32,000 nucleotides of DNA from positions 1,290,001 to 1,322,000 of the forward strand of contig NC_006138.1 of NCBI RefSeq assembly GCF_000025945.1. Direction: 5' to 3'. The notes beneath the pieces were generated by a model. That model did not search any database, was not told the DNA's origin, and worked only from the letters and a program-made list of their open reading frames with translations. Position 1 is the stretch's first letter; every line of letters begins with the position of its first letter. Source of the DNA: Desulfotalea psychrophila LSv54 (GTDB taxonomy: Bacteria > Desulfobacterota > Desulfobulbia > Desulfobulbales > Desulfocapsaceae). A program made the translations under genes and the position numbers. This document shows, in pieces, positions 8,845 to 17,798 of the stretch.

Positions 8845-11028
8845 ATGCCACTCTCGTCTATGCTTGGCCCGGATGGGATCAAGGTGCTTGTAGCAAATTA
8901 TCAGCCTGATGCTGATATGCAACGTATTGATGATGCATGGCAGTTTGCTGCCCGTGTTCATGAAGGGCAGGAACATTTTTCCGGGACCCCCTACCTCTTG
9001 CATCTGCAAGAGGTAGGGGCAACCCTTGCCTCAATGCAACTTGATCTTGATACCATTCTTGCAGCTCTGCTCCACGGTACTATTAAGCATGGGGTTGAAA
9101 TTACTGAATTGCGGGACGCATTTGGTGATGATGTAGCTTCCATTGTTGAAGGTGCCAGTCGTATTACCAAGGTACAGTACAACAATAAGTTGGTGGGCCA
9201 GGCGGAGGGCGTTCGTAAGATGCTCCTTGCCATTGCCGCCGATATTCGGGTCCTTCTGGTCCGGCTTGTTGATCGTCTCACCGATCTCTTTAATCTGGAA
9301 AAACTGCCCCGTGAGCGCCAGCTTGAGATTGCCTGGGAAACCATGAATCTCTATGCGCCGCTGGCTAGTCGTCTGGGCATTGACTGGCTGAAGAGAGAGC
9401 TAGAAGATAACTCCTTCAGATTTCTCTATCCGGATGAGTACGCCGAGCTGAGTCGGGATATGGAGAGCTCTCTTGAGGAACGTGAGAGTTATGTGGCAGA
9501 GATGCTTGCCACCCTCAAGGGGAAACTGGAAGAAAACGATATTCATCCTCTCCGTGTTTTAGGCCGGCCGAAACATCTCTACTCCATCTATAAGAAGCTG
9601 GTTGCCCAGAATATTAAGCTCGATAAGGTCTATGACAAGGTCGCCTTTCGTATCATAGTTGACAGCGTTAAGGAGTGCTATGAGACCCTTGGGGTTATTC
9701 ATGGTGAGTGGGCCCCTGTTCCCGGGAGAATTAAGGATTTTATCTCGGTACCAAAGGCCAATAACTATCAGTCGATGCATACCACGGTGGCTGGACCCTG
9801 TGGCCATTTTATTGAGATTCAGATCCGTACTGAAGAGATGGATCGTGTTGCCTCGGAGGGGGTTGCTGCCCACTGGGCCTATAAAGAGGGCCAGAAGACG
9901 GCGGGGCGTGATGCTAAGCTCTTTGGTGATCTGAAAAATTTAGTTAAGTCACTGAAGGATGTTGAAGATCCGCGGGAATTTCTTGATTCAGTTCAGGGTG
10001 AGCTCTATGACCCCGATGTCTATGTCCTTACTCCGGGTGGTGAGGTAAAGGAGTTCCGCTACGGTAGCTGTCCCATCGATTTTGCCTATGCCGTGCATAG
10101 CGAGGTGGGAGACCACTGTACCGGGGCAAAGGTCAATGGCAGGCTTGTTCCACTCAAATATCATATGCAAAATGGTGATATTATTGAGATCCTCACCTCT
10201 CCATCTCAGCATCCCCGTCGGGGCTGGCTTGATTTTGTGCAGAGCGGTCGGGCCAAGGCCAGGATTCGCTCCTGGTTTCGCCGGGAGGAGAACGAGCGGG
10301 CCTTAAAACTCGGTCGGGAGATCTGTGAGAGAGAGATTCGTCTGCATAATACCAGCCTGAAAAAGTTGGTGAAGAGCGGTCAGATACGTCTTCTCTTTAA
10401 GGAGCTACGTTGCAACTCCCTCGATGATATGCTGATCAAGGTGGGCAACGGTGGCATAACCATCGAAAACCTGGTCAAGGCTCTGCAGCCCCATAATCCA
10501 CAACTGGATAGGGATGTGCCGGCTCAGGATGCAGTTACCGATGAGGCCCTGCCGATACTTCCTAAGCAGGCCACAACCCAGATAGAGCAGAGCAAGGATG
10601 GTCTGCGCATTGCCGGGGTAGAGGGGATGCTTGTCCGGGTAGGACAGTGTTGTCGTCCTGTACCCGGAGATAAGGTCATTGGCTTTATTACCCATGGACG
10701 TGGGGTAACGGTTCATAAGGCCGATTGCTCTAATCTCGGCTCGACCGATCCCCATCGACGTATTGATGTGGACTGGGCCCAGAGTTCGAGTAGCAGTTAC
10801 CGAGCAGTCCTTCATGTTGTCACAGAAAATTCTAAGGGGATCTTCTCCGAGGTAAGTGCTATTATTGCCGGAGAAAGTGCCAATATGGTAGAGATGTCCG
10901 CCCGGGTTACCGTCGAGGATACCGCTGAGTTTACCCTCTCTTTAGAGGTGAAGGATCTTGAACAACTCCAGCATCTTATGCAGATTTTGCGGCAGATGCC
11001 GGTGGTGATCTCTGTTCGTCGTCTATAA
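8845..11028 (+). CDS. RelA/SpoT homologue (long RSH) (p)ppGpp synthetase, with a degenerate N-terminal hydrolase domain
   Basis: Synthetase core (RPKHLYSIYKKL, AFRIIV, GRIKDF, EIQIRTEEM), a TGS domain (YVLTPGGEVKEF...DIIEILT) and an ACT-like C-terminus. I prefer the ATG at 8845 (AAGGA 6 nt upstream, after the proS stop) over the track start at 8800, which overlaps proS by 35 nt. Confidence 0.9.
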   Translation: MPLSSMLGPDGIKVLVANYQPDADMQRIDDAWQFAARVHEGQEHFSGTPYLLHLQEVGATLASMQLDLDTILAALLHGTIKHGVEITELRDAFGDDVASIVEGASRITKVQYNNKLVGQAEGVRKMLLAIAADIRVLLVRLVDRLTDLFNLEKLPRERQLEIAWETMNLYAPLASRLGIDWLKRELEDNSFRFLYPDEYAELSRDMESSLEERESYVAEMLATLKGKLEENDIHPLRVLGRPKHLYSIYKKLVAQNIKLDKVYDKVAFRIIVDSVKECYETLGVIHGEWAPVPGRIKDFISVPKANNYQSMHTTVAGPCGHFIEIQIRTEEMDRVASEGVAAHWAYKEGQKTAGRDAKLFGDLKNLVKSLKDVEDPREFLDSVQGELYDPDVYVLTPGGEVKEFRYGSCPIDFAYAVHSEVGDHCTGAKVNGRLVPLKYHMQNGDIIEILTSPSQHPRRGWLDFVQSGRAKARIRSWFRREENERALKLGREICEREIRLHNTSLKKLVKSGQIRLLFKELRCNSLDDMLIKVGNGGITIENLVKALQPHNPQLDRDVPAQDAVTDEALPILPKQATTQIEQSKDGLRIAGVEGMLVRVGQCCRPVPGDKVIGFITHGRGVTVHKADCSNLGSTDPHRRIDVDWAQSSSSSYRAVLHVVTENSKGIFSEVSAIIAGESANMVEMSARVTVEDTAEFTLSLEVKDLEQLQHLMQILRQMPVVISVRRL

Positions 11029-11051
11029 GTGGAATATGAGGTAGGAAGAGG

Positions 11052-11495
11052 ATGTTGTTGTGTGATGTTTGTGGAAATGAGATAGGGGCAAGAATAGTGT
11101 TTTGCCCCTTTTGTGGGATAAAACAGGAGAGAGAGCTCGTCTGCAAGAAAGAGTATATACAGAGGCTTGTTAATCTTGAACACGGTCTGCCCTTTGTTGA
11201 AGCAGCCCTTAAACGCCTTGATAGGGCGGTGCTAGAGGCAGGTCAGCAGGGTGTGACTCAACTCACCTTGATTCATGGCTATGGCTCAAGCGGTAAGGGT
11301 GGTGTCATTCGAGAGGAGTCTCGAAAGATGCTCGACTTTATGTGGATGAACGGTGAGTTGAAAAAAATTGTTTTTGGTGAAGATTTTACCAAGAGTAGCG
11401 GTGAAGTACGTGATCTTATTCGTCGTTACCCCATACTTGGGCAGGATCGTAATTTAAACAAGGCCAATCGGGGAATTACCCTTGTCTTTTTCTAA
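11052..11495 (+). CDS. Smr-domain protein with N-terminal zinc ribbon
   Basis: CDVCGN...CPFCG zinc-ribbon pattern followed by an Smr-like core (LIHGYGSSGKGGVIREESRKML). Confidence 0.65.
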   Translation: MLLCDVCGNEIGARIVFCPFCGIKQERELVCKKEYIQRLVNLEHGLPFVEAALKRLDRAVLEAGQQGVTQLTLIHGYGSSGKGGVIREESRKMLDFMWMNGELKKIVFGEDFTKSSGEVRDLIRRYPILGQDRNLNKANRGITLVFF

Positions 11496-11561
11496 AGCGG
11501 ATTTATTATTTTTCGATCGTGTTTGATAACGCAGGCTAACTTGATAACTAAAGGATAGATA

Positions 11562-12299
11562 ATGAAGAAGAAGATTGTTGCAGCAACACTCGGAGTTTGT
11601 CTTGTCATGCCTCTTTGGGCCCAGTCAGCAGAGAGCAATAATACCAAGCTGAAGACCTTTGAGGATAAGCTGAGCTATAGTATTGGCACTGACATTGGCA
11701 AGTCTTTGGGAGAGCTTAAGGAGCAAATTCGTTTTGACTCCTTGATCCTGGGACTCACCGATACCTATGAGGGAAAGAAAGGTCTTCTTAGTGCTGAAGA
11801 GATGAAGCAGGTTCAGCAGCAGTTTGTGGCTAAGATGCAGGCAGATCAGGCTAAGAAAATGGTTGAAATGCAGAAGAAAAATAAAGCCGCGGGTGATGCC
11901 TTTCTTGCTGCCAATGCAAAGAAAAAAGGTGTTGTGACCACCAAGTCTGGTCTTCAGTATAATTTTGTGAAAAAGGGTAAGGGCGTAAAACCTGCCCTTA
12001 CGGATATTGTCAGCGTCAACTATACGGGTACCCTTATTAATGGAACAGAGTTTGACAGTTCTATAAAGAGGGGTAAACCGGTTACATTTCCAGTGGCTCA
12101 GGTGATTTCTGGTTGGAGTGAGGCTCTTCAGCTTATGCCCGTTGGTTCATCGGTGCATTTGGTGATTCCAGCAGCCCTTGCCTATGGTGATAATGGTGCG
12201 CCTCCGGTGATCGAGCCTGGTTCTGTCCTTGTCTTTGATGTGGATCTTATCTCCATCGGCGAGGAAAAAAAGGCAACTCCGGCTACAGCTAAGAAATAG
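11562..12299 (+). CDS. periplasmic FKBP-type peptidyl-prolyl cis-trans isomerase (FkpA/Mip-like)
   Basis: Signal peptide (MKKKIVAATLGVCLVMPLWAQS), a helical dimerisation region, and a C-terminal FKBP domain (VNYTGTLINGTEFDSS...GWSEALQLMPVGS...LAYG). Confidence 0.85.
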   Translation: MKKKIVAATLGVCLVMPLWAQSAESNNTKLKTFEDKLSYSIGTDIGKSLGELKEQIRFDSLILGLTDTYEGKKGLLSAEEMKQVQQQFVAKMQADQAKKMVEMQKKNKAAGDAFLAANAKKKGVVTTKSGLQYNFVKKGKGVKPALTDIVSVNYTGTLINGTEFDSSIKRGKPVTFPVAQVISGWSEALQLMPVGSSVHLVIPAALAYGDNGAPPVIEPGSVLVFDVDLISIGEEKKATPATAKK

Positions 12300-12323
12300 A
12301 TTCTTGTTTGAGCAGTTTTTGCA

Positions 12324-12364
12324 AAGGCCCTTCTCCCCTTGGGAGAAGGGCCTTTTCTGTTTTT
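12324..12364. terminator. intrinsic terminator between the convergent FKBP and LptF/G genes (probably bidirectional)
   Basis: Perfect GC-rich hairpin aaggcccttctccc/gggagaagggcctt followed by ttttctgttttt. On the other strand it is preceded by an A-run. Confidence 0.75.
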
Positions 12365-13451
12365 ACTGGTCAAAACGACGGAGCAAATAGAGTCCCAGAG
12401 TGATAAATATGGCATGGATGAGGAATGCGGCCAGCCAGGGAGAAAATTTTCCGGCAATGGCTAGGGACTGCAGGGCTCCCCATACGGCCCAGGCGCTGAA
12501 GGCCATGGTACAACTTGCCGGAATGGCAATGGAGAGGTCTTTGCCCCATTTCTGGTAGGAGAGGAGGAGGATGGGTAGGCCGAGGAGGAGGAGGGGGAGA
12601 CCCAGTAAGATATAGGAGATCCTGCCCAGGAAGAGTCCCCATGCCTCCTCGGCTTCAAAGGCTATTTGGTTGTTGAGGGCCCCTTTGAGGAGGGCGGAGA
12701 GTGATCGCTCTGATTCCGCATGCTGTGGCGTCCTGAAGGCCTCTGGCGTTTCGGGGAAATGGAATTTGCGGCTGGTAAAGGTCGTTGTCGTATAGCTGCC
12801 TCTACTCTCTTGCTGCTGAAGGACGCCCCCTTTCAGGAGCCAGCTGTTTTGCTTGGCATCCCACGATGCACTCGTAGCGGAAATCATCTCCTTAAGACCA
12901 TACTCCTTGTCCCAGCTGGAGTAAGAGAAGTTGGCAAAGAGATATTCCTTATTGTTTTTCCAGGCAAAGGAGTAAAATCCCTCCTGACCATGGTAGTAGT
13001 AGCGGTTGTTACGGACAATACCTACGGGGGTCTTACCCTGAACACCCTCAATCCAGATATCATTGGTGACGGCGACGGTGCTGGGCAGAATCCATTGGGC
13101 CGAGGCCATAAAGAGCAGGGTTACTGCCCCGCCACCGATAATAATCGGACGAATAATGGCCCTTAGGGGCAGGCCACCAGCCTTAAGGGCGGTGAGTTCG
13201 TTGCTGCTGTTCAGAACCCCTAAGGAGATGACTCCGGAGAGTAGAATAAGTATTGGTCCCAGTTGATCTACAATGGCCGGGATGGAGAAGAGAAAATATT
13301 TGATAACCACGGAGAGTGGCTTACCCGCTTCGGTGAAATTATCAAATTTTTCAAAAAAATCAATGAGGAGGTAGAGGGCGATAAAGCCTGCGGCCACCGT
13401 CAAGAAAAATTTGAAAAATTGTCCTAGGAGATATCGGTTAAGTAGGTGCAT
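12363..13451 (-). CDS. LptF/LptG-family LPS export permease (YjgP/YjgQ)
   Basis: 362 aa. N-terminus MHLLNRYLLGQFFKFFL, three N-terminal TM helices, a periplasmic beta-rich middle and three C-terminal TM helices, as in LptF/G. I cannot tell F from G. Confidence 0.8.
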   Translation of the reverse strand: MHLLNRYLLGQFFKFFLTVAAGFIALYLLIDFFEKFDNFTEAGKPLSVVIKYFLFSIPAIVDQLGPILILLSGVISLGVLNSSNELTALKAGGLPLRAIIRPIIIGGGAVTLLFMASAQWILPSTVAVTNDIWIEGVQGKTPVGIVRNNRYYYHGQEGFYSFAWKNNKEYLFANFSYSSWDKEYGLKEMISATSASWDAKQNSWLLKGGVLQQQESRGSYTTTTFTSRKFHFPETPEAFRTPQHAESERSLSALLKGALNNQIAFEAEEAWGLFLGRISYILLGLPLLLLGLPILLLSYQKWGKDLSIAIPASCTMAFSAWAVWGALQSLAIAGKFSPWLAAFLIHAIFITLGLYLLRRFDQ

Positions 13452-13456
13452 AGGGA

Positions 13457-13843
13457 TTAACGTAGTAAAAACTTATGGGAAATGAAAAAGCCGACTGCCA
13501 CCATGGCAAGTCCTAGGGAGATGCTGAGGAAGAGATAACCAAATCCCTGCCAGTATTCACCTGTTTCGAAAAATCCGTATGTTTCCCGAGAGAAGGTGGA
13601 GAAGGTGGTAAGACCTCCTAAAAGACCTGTAAATAAAAAGAGGCGAAAGGTATGGGAGATATGAATCTTTTCAAAGAAACTCCAGAGTAGGCCAATGAAA
13701 AGACAACCTGCCAAATTAGCTATAAATGTGCCAAAGGGGAAGGCATGGGCTATTTTTTGCGTTCCAAGGGCGATGGCGTATCTTGCCAGGGAACCTACTG
13801 CCCCTCCGAGGGCAACTGCAATAATACCCATTACAGGATCCAT
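13457..13843 (-). CDS. crcB: fluoride ion channel CrcB/FluC
   Basis: 128 aa with four TM helices and CrcB-like motifs (GGAVGSLARY, GLLGGLTTFSTF). Ends 5 nt upstream of the LptF/G start, so probably co-transcribed. Confidence 0.88.
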   Translation of the reverse strand: MDPVMGIIAVALGGAVGSLARYAIALGTQKIAHAFPFGTFIANLAGCLFIGLLWSFFEKIHISHTFRLFLFTGLLGGLTTFSTFSRETYGFFETGEYWQGFGYLFLSISLGLAMVAVGFFISHKFLLR

Positions 13844-14174
13844 GAATCTCTACCTCTGTTAAGATTTTTTTCCAGGTTAACTACTCATATGAGTATGGGT
13901 GACCGGGGGTATGACTGCTTCGCTCTCTTGCAATTTACGCAAAAGCTGTGGTATAGTTGCGATTTGTTGTACTTGTATGTCAAATATATCAGCAAGCTAT
14001 CTAGTGTGTTGTAACAAATTCACTGTTTCGTTTCCAGCTCTTGGTGACGAAATTTCATTTTAACGGAGGTGCTGACTTTTTAGTGGTGGCTTGACGGGCC
14101 CTTGCCAGTCCTGCACGGGAGTGTATTCCACTCAGGGTTTCAACCCTAACTAAGATGTCTTATATACCATATTT

Positions 14175-15200
14175 ATGGCTGCACGAAAAAAGAATTTTCC
14201 AACTGTACAAGCGACTCAACCATCTAAAAATACCGCAAAGTCCAGGCTTGAGTCTTTTTTGGAAATTTTTGAGAAAAATGACGAGGTTCTTGTTGTTATT
14301 AACGCTGATCCCGATGCCATTGCCTGTGCAATGGCGATAAAAAAACTTCTTCGTTACCGCGCAAAAAGCGTTACTATTGCCCATCCTAATGAGATTAGAC
14401 GGGTTAATAATGTAACCATGGTGGAACGACTTAAGGTGCCCCTGGAAAGATTTAAAAATATTAACCTTGAAGACTACGATAAGAAGGTGATGGTTGATTC
14501 TCAACCCAACCACCTGCCCGTCTTTGAGAATATTTTCATAGATGCCATTATTGATCACCATCCGACTCCAGCAGGTGGTTGGCCTAATGTCCCCTTTGTT
14601 GATATACGTCCGGACTACGGTGCCTGTTCAACAATGCTGGTGGAATATCTGCGGGCAGGCAATATGAAGCCTTCTTCGGCCCTGGCAACTGCTCTTTTTT
14701 ATGGGATTAAGGATGATACCCAGAATTTTGAAAATAAGAGTCTCTTGGCCGATAGTATCTGTTTTCGTTATCTCTTTGATTTTGCCAACCGCAACCTGGT
14801 ACGTAAGTTTGAACTTGCCGATCTGCGCCGTTCACAGTTGAAGGACTTTAATGTCGCCCTTGATAATTTGAAAGATTCCAAGGGAAGATACTATAGCCAC
14901 GCCGGTCGGGTTCGCAGTCCCGATGCTTTGGTTATCCTTGCCGATTATCTTAATCATGTGGGTGATATTGATTGGGTCTTTGTCTCCGGTATCCACGGAG
15001 ATAAACTGGTGGATATCTTTCGCTGTGACGGTTATCGTAAAAGTGCCGGAAAACTTGCCACTAAGACCTTTGGCGAGATTGGTTCCGCCGGTGGCCATAA
15101 GGACGCGGCCCGGGCCGAGGTGCCCCTGAAAAAGCTGAAAATGGGCGATAAGGAGTTCAGCTCGGACGCCCTGAAGCGTCTTATTATGCGTCATATCTGA
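14175..15200 (+). CDS. DHH/DHHA1-family phosphoesterase (NrnA-like)
   Basis: Motifs INADPDAIACAMA, AIIDHHP (DHH) and GSAGGHKDAARAE (DHHA1 GGGH-like). Confidence 0.8.
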   Translation: MAARKKNFPTVQATQPSKNTAKSRLESFLEIFEKNDEVLVVINADPDAIACAMAIKKLLRYRAKSVTIAHPNEIRRVNNVTMVERLKVPLERFKNINLEDYDKKVMVDSQPNHLPVFENIFIDAIIDHHPTPAGGWPNVPFVDIRPDYGACSTMLVEYLRAGNMKPSSALATALFYGIKDDTQNFENKSLLADSICFRYLFDFANRNLVRKFELADLRRSQLKDFNVALDNLKDSKGRYYSHAGRVRSPDALVILADYLNHVGDIDWVFVSGIHGDKLVDIFRCDGYRKSAGKLATKTFGEIGSAGGHKDAARAEVPLKKLKMGDKEFSSDALKRLIMRHI

Positions 15201-15217
15201 GATCGACGAGAAAAACG

Positions 15218-15245
15218 TTGCAGTTTAAGAATCTTCGAGTAATAT
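15218..15245 (+). promoter_or_regulatory. possible sigma70-type promoter for the tRNA
   Basis: TTGCAG (15218-15223), 16-nt spacer, TAATAT (15240-15245), about 28 nt upstream of the tRNA 5' end. Sequence pattern only. Confidence 0.3.
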
Positions 15246-15272
15246 TGCCTCGGTTTCAACATGAAAAAATAT

Positions 15273-15349
15273 GGTCCCGTAGCTCAGCTGGATAGAGCAT
15301 CTGCCTCCTAAGCAGAGGGTCAGGCGTTCGAATCGCCTCGGGATCACCA
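15273..15349 (+). tRNA. tRNA-Arg (anticodon CCU), 77 nt with encoded CCA
   Basis: Folded by hand. Acceptor GGUCCCG/CGGGAUC (one G-U pair), D stem GCUC/GAGC, anticodon stem UCUGC/GCAGA with loop CUCCUAA, 5-nt variable loop, T arm AGGCG-UUCGAAU-CGCCU, discriminator A, then CCA. Confidence 0.92.
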
Positions 15350-15397
15350 GTTATATAAGGCACTTACGGTTTACGCTGTAAGTGCCTTTTTCGTTTT
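15318..15397 (+). repeat. proximal copy of the island-bounding direct repeat (tRNA 3' 32 nt plus terminator hairpin), attL-like
   Basis: Aligns with 22286-22365. A 23-nt identical core ttcgaatcgcctcgggatcacca lies at 15327-15349. Confidence 0.85.
15357..15397 (+). terminator. intrinsic terminator after the tRNA
   Basis: 11-bp stem aaggcacttac/gtaagtgcctt (15357-15367 and 15378-15388) followed by tttttcgtttt. Confidence 0.7.
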
Positions 15398-15559
15398 AAG
15401 TGCATAATAAGTGCAGAAAGTGCTGGGGCTAGTTACAGCGCTGAACCTCTTTCCTCATCCGTATTATCGTTGTACTATCTCGAATTAATTATAAATTATA
15501 TCAAGAAAGCTCTCTCCTCTTGCCCCGCTCGCTGTTATACCGGAAAATAGTATGATTTT

Positions 15560-16010
15560 AACATCATCTGCCGGGACTTGCATTGAGGCTATTTGCATAT
15601 CGCACGCATCTCCATTAATCCACCAACATTTTTTTCAGCACTAAGTAAACAAAATGAGAAACAGCAGTATAAATATTTTCATCTTTAGTGGCACTCCGAC
15701 CTGCAACAGCCAACACGTTCGGCGGAACGTTCATATTTGAAGCCAGCAGGCACCCACAGCTTCTTAGAGTAACCGATGACCGCCATCTCTCATGTTTCGT
15801 AATACCCGCTGAGAGGCCCTGTGAGGGGCCTACGTCTCCTGCAAGTTTCAGGCGCTATCTATGCTCTATACCGGTAATATCGGCCCCTGCTACACCCTGA
15901 TACTCTTTTCTTTACCACGTAGACCTTCTGTCACAACCTGCCCTATTCCTACCGTGCAAGGCAACCTGCACCGTCTTCCTTTACTAGAGTAGAGGTGTGC
16001 TTCTGAGTAT
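15560..16010 (-). pseudogene. possible decayed tyrosine-integrase remnant next to the tRNA
   Basis: There is no long ORF on either strand. Minus-strand reading gives short integrase-like strings in different frames: GLRGKEKSIRV (~15893-15930), TFRRTCWLLQVGVPLK (15683-15730, preceded by a stop where the HxxR histidine would be) and ENIYTAVSH. This is weak evidence by eye. Confidence 0.25.
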
Positions 16011-16218
16011 TCCCTGTGATAGGATAAGATGCTGGTCGGCAATCTCTGGCGAACAAAGGTTTTTGGCTATCTGTGGGTGGTCAAGTGCTTGCTTGAGCTA
16101 AAACGCATTGATTTGATGGTTCTTTTTTGGTATCACCCGTAATGGATGCTGATCTTTATTTGTCGGCGGTTGAGTCAGGCAAGGTTGAAAAGATCTGGAT
16201 CGTACGGGAGATATCAGC

Positions 16219-16267
16219 TTATCACTCGTTATTAATGATATCCAGTTTCTGGATAATAATTTGTTAT
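16219..16267 (+). repeat. island intergenic repeat, copy A (upstream of the 470-aa gene)
   Basis: ttatcactcgttattaatgatatccagtttctggataataatttgttat is about 80 percent identical to copy B. Contains the hairpin tatccag-ttt-ctggata (16239-16255). Weaker similarity extends upstream (tgtcgg, tacggg). Confidence 0.7.
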
Positions 16268-16301
16268 TCTTTGGATTACGAACAGCAAATATGGATGAAA
16301 A

Positions 16302-17714
16302 ATGTCATTTAATTTAGAAGCATTAGAATTAGCAGAGACCTACGACTTTGGGGTCGTTGTAAATGATGGTGCAAATAATTTTGCCGCGAAATTAAACCTT
16401 TCTCCAGAAAAAATCACCATCACTATAATGGGGGAAGGAGGTGACGAAAGAAACTGTTCATTAGGTTATTGTGACGTAGATAGTTTGATTTGTAGAGATT
16501 TGAATAACACTTTCTTTTTACATGAGCTTACCTTTGTTAAAGGTAGTAGTAGACTGATATCACATCATCCCAAACATATAGGGTTTTTCGAAAGCACTTT
16601 TGAAGTCGGTTATGTGATTTTTTCACCGTCCCATCTAGATGAAAATAACTTGGTTGAATCGATAAGTATTCATTCAAACAAGATAAGTGAATGGGTAGGA
16701 ACTACGAATACACAAGAAGAAATAATTAGGGCTTATAATGACAAAGAGCCAATTTTGGAATGTCCAGAAAAACTAAATGAGTTTTTAACCCCACTCGACG
16801 GCGTAGGAATATTGGGTGTTGGTTATAACTTGTCAATGCACAGCTCCTCGCCAAGATTCAGTGCAGGAATTAGTTTTCCACCTTCATTAACCATAGTATT
16901 TCTAAATGGTCAAATTTCGAAAATAGTGATGGATAGCTTCCGTAAGTTATATGCTTTGCTGGCATTTTTTATGGGAGATGACTTTTTGGTCGAACAGGTA
17001 GATATTAGCTTCGGTTCAAGTTTCCGTAGCCGCAAGGGAACACTTTATTATCCTTCAAAAGGCCTGTGTCCTAGATACGAACAAGGCTACTCTTTGTTTC
17101 CGTTAGGGTTAAATGTTCGTTTTGATTCTTTAGGACTTCCTGCGCTTCCAGTGACCTCATTTAATAACTATTATTCTTTGCCAGAAGTTTATTCAGGCTA
17201 TTTTTCAAAGTATTTAAAGTATAAAAGAATGGAAAATCCAGAGGAAAGATTTTTAGGTTTCTTTCGGATTTTAGAGTCACTATGTTTCAACAAGAAGAGC
17301 TATTTAGACGAAGAATTACTGGGTCAAATGTGTGATAGAGTGAAGCCGTATTTAATAAAAAAATTCGGTGATAAAGAAAATGCAACCAGCTTTCTAAGAG
17401 GCATTCCTCGCTACAATAATTCTAAATACAACACAGAAAAATGTATCCAAGATTTTTATTCAAGAATACCAAAATTAGTTTCTGGTAAATGGAAAGTAGA
17501 AAAACGTGATATTGGCAGTATATGTAAACTCAGAAACGATATAACTCATGCAAATGACTATTATATCAACAATAACGAAATAGAAGAGAAAGTAAAATTT
17601 ATGGAGGTTTTATTGGTATATTCATTGTTCGAAAAGTTAGGAGTTGAGCTAACGACAACTGCAGAAATTGCCTATAGAATGCAAGGTTACCATTTGGTCA
17701 CTAAAAAACCATAA
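16302..17714 (+). CDS. HEPN-motif protein with an ApeA-like architecture (putative abortive-infection RNase)
   Basis: 470 aa and A+T-rich. C-terminal helical region with ERFLGFFRILESLC and the RNxxxH motif LRNDITH (17532-17549; R411, H416). The N-terminal beta-rich region (FAAKLNLSPEKITITIMGEGG) recalls the ApeA N-terminal domain. Not HMM-verified. Confidence 0.55.
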   Translation: MSFNLEALELAETYDFGVVVNDGANNFAAKLNLSPEKITITIMGEGGDERNCSLGYCDVDSLICRDLNNTFFLHELTFVKGSSRLISHHPKHIGFFESTFEVGYVIFSPSHLDENNLVESISIHSNKISEWVGTTNTQEEIIRAYNDKEPILECPEKLNEFLTPLDGVGILGVGYNLSMHSSSPRFSAGISFPPSLTIVFLNGQISKIVMDSFRKLYALLAFFMGDDFLVEQVDISFGSSFRSRKGTLYYPSKGLCPRYEQGYSLFPLGLNVRFDSLGLPALPVTSFNNYYSLPEVYSGYFSKYLKYKRMENPEERFLGFFRILESLCFNKKSYLDEELLGQMCDRVKPYLIKKFGDKENATSFLRGIPRYNNSKYNTEKCIQDFYSRIPKLVSGKWKVEKRDIGSICKLRNDITHANDYYINNNEIEEKVKFMEVLLVYSLFEKLGVELTTTAEIAYRMQGYHLVTKKP

Positions 17715-17798
17715 ATAACAACTTGTTAAGGCGCGCACAAAACAGCTGGTTCGCGCTCGTTCCTCGCTCAAATGTCGGGCAAAACTACGGGGCATAGG

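Noticed and set aside
13844-13960. A fluoride (crcB-motif) riboswitch upstream of crcB
   Set aside because: I read the minus-strand leader by hand. It lacks the conserved GGxGAUGG, AACCGC and CUGAUGAxxCCU elements, and there is no ccatc anywhere in 13,844-14,174 on the + strand. It would still be worth a cmsearch.
15688-16312. ORFs 15688..15900(+) and 16127..16312(+) as island genes
   Set aside because: They are short, lack an RBS, and give Pro/Arg/Ser-rich or nonsense-like translations. The second overlaps repeat copy A and the start of the 470-aa gene. The region looks like decayed non-coding DNA.
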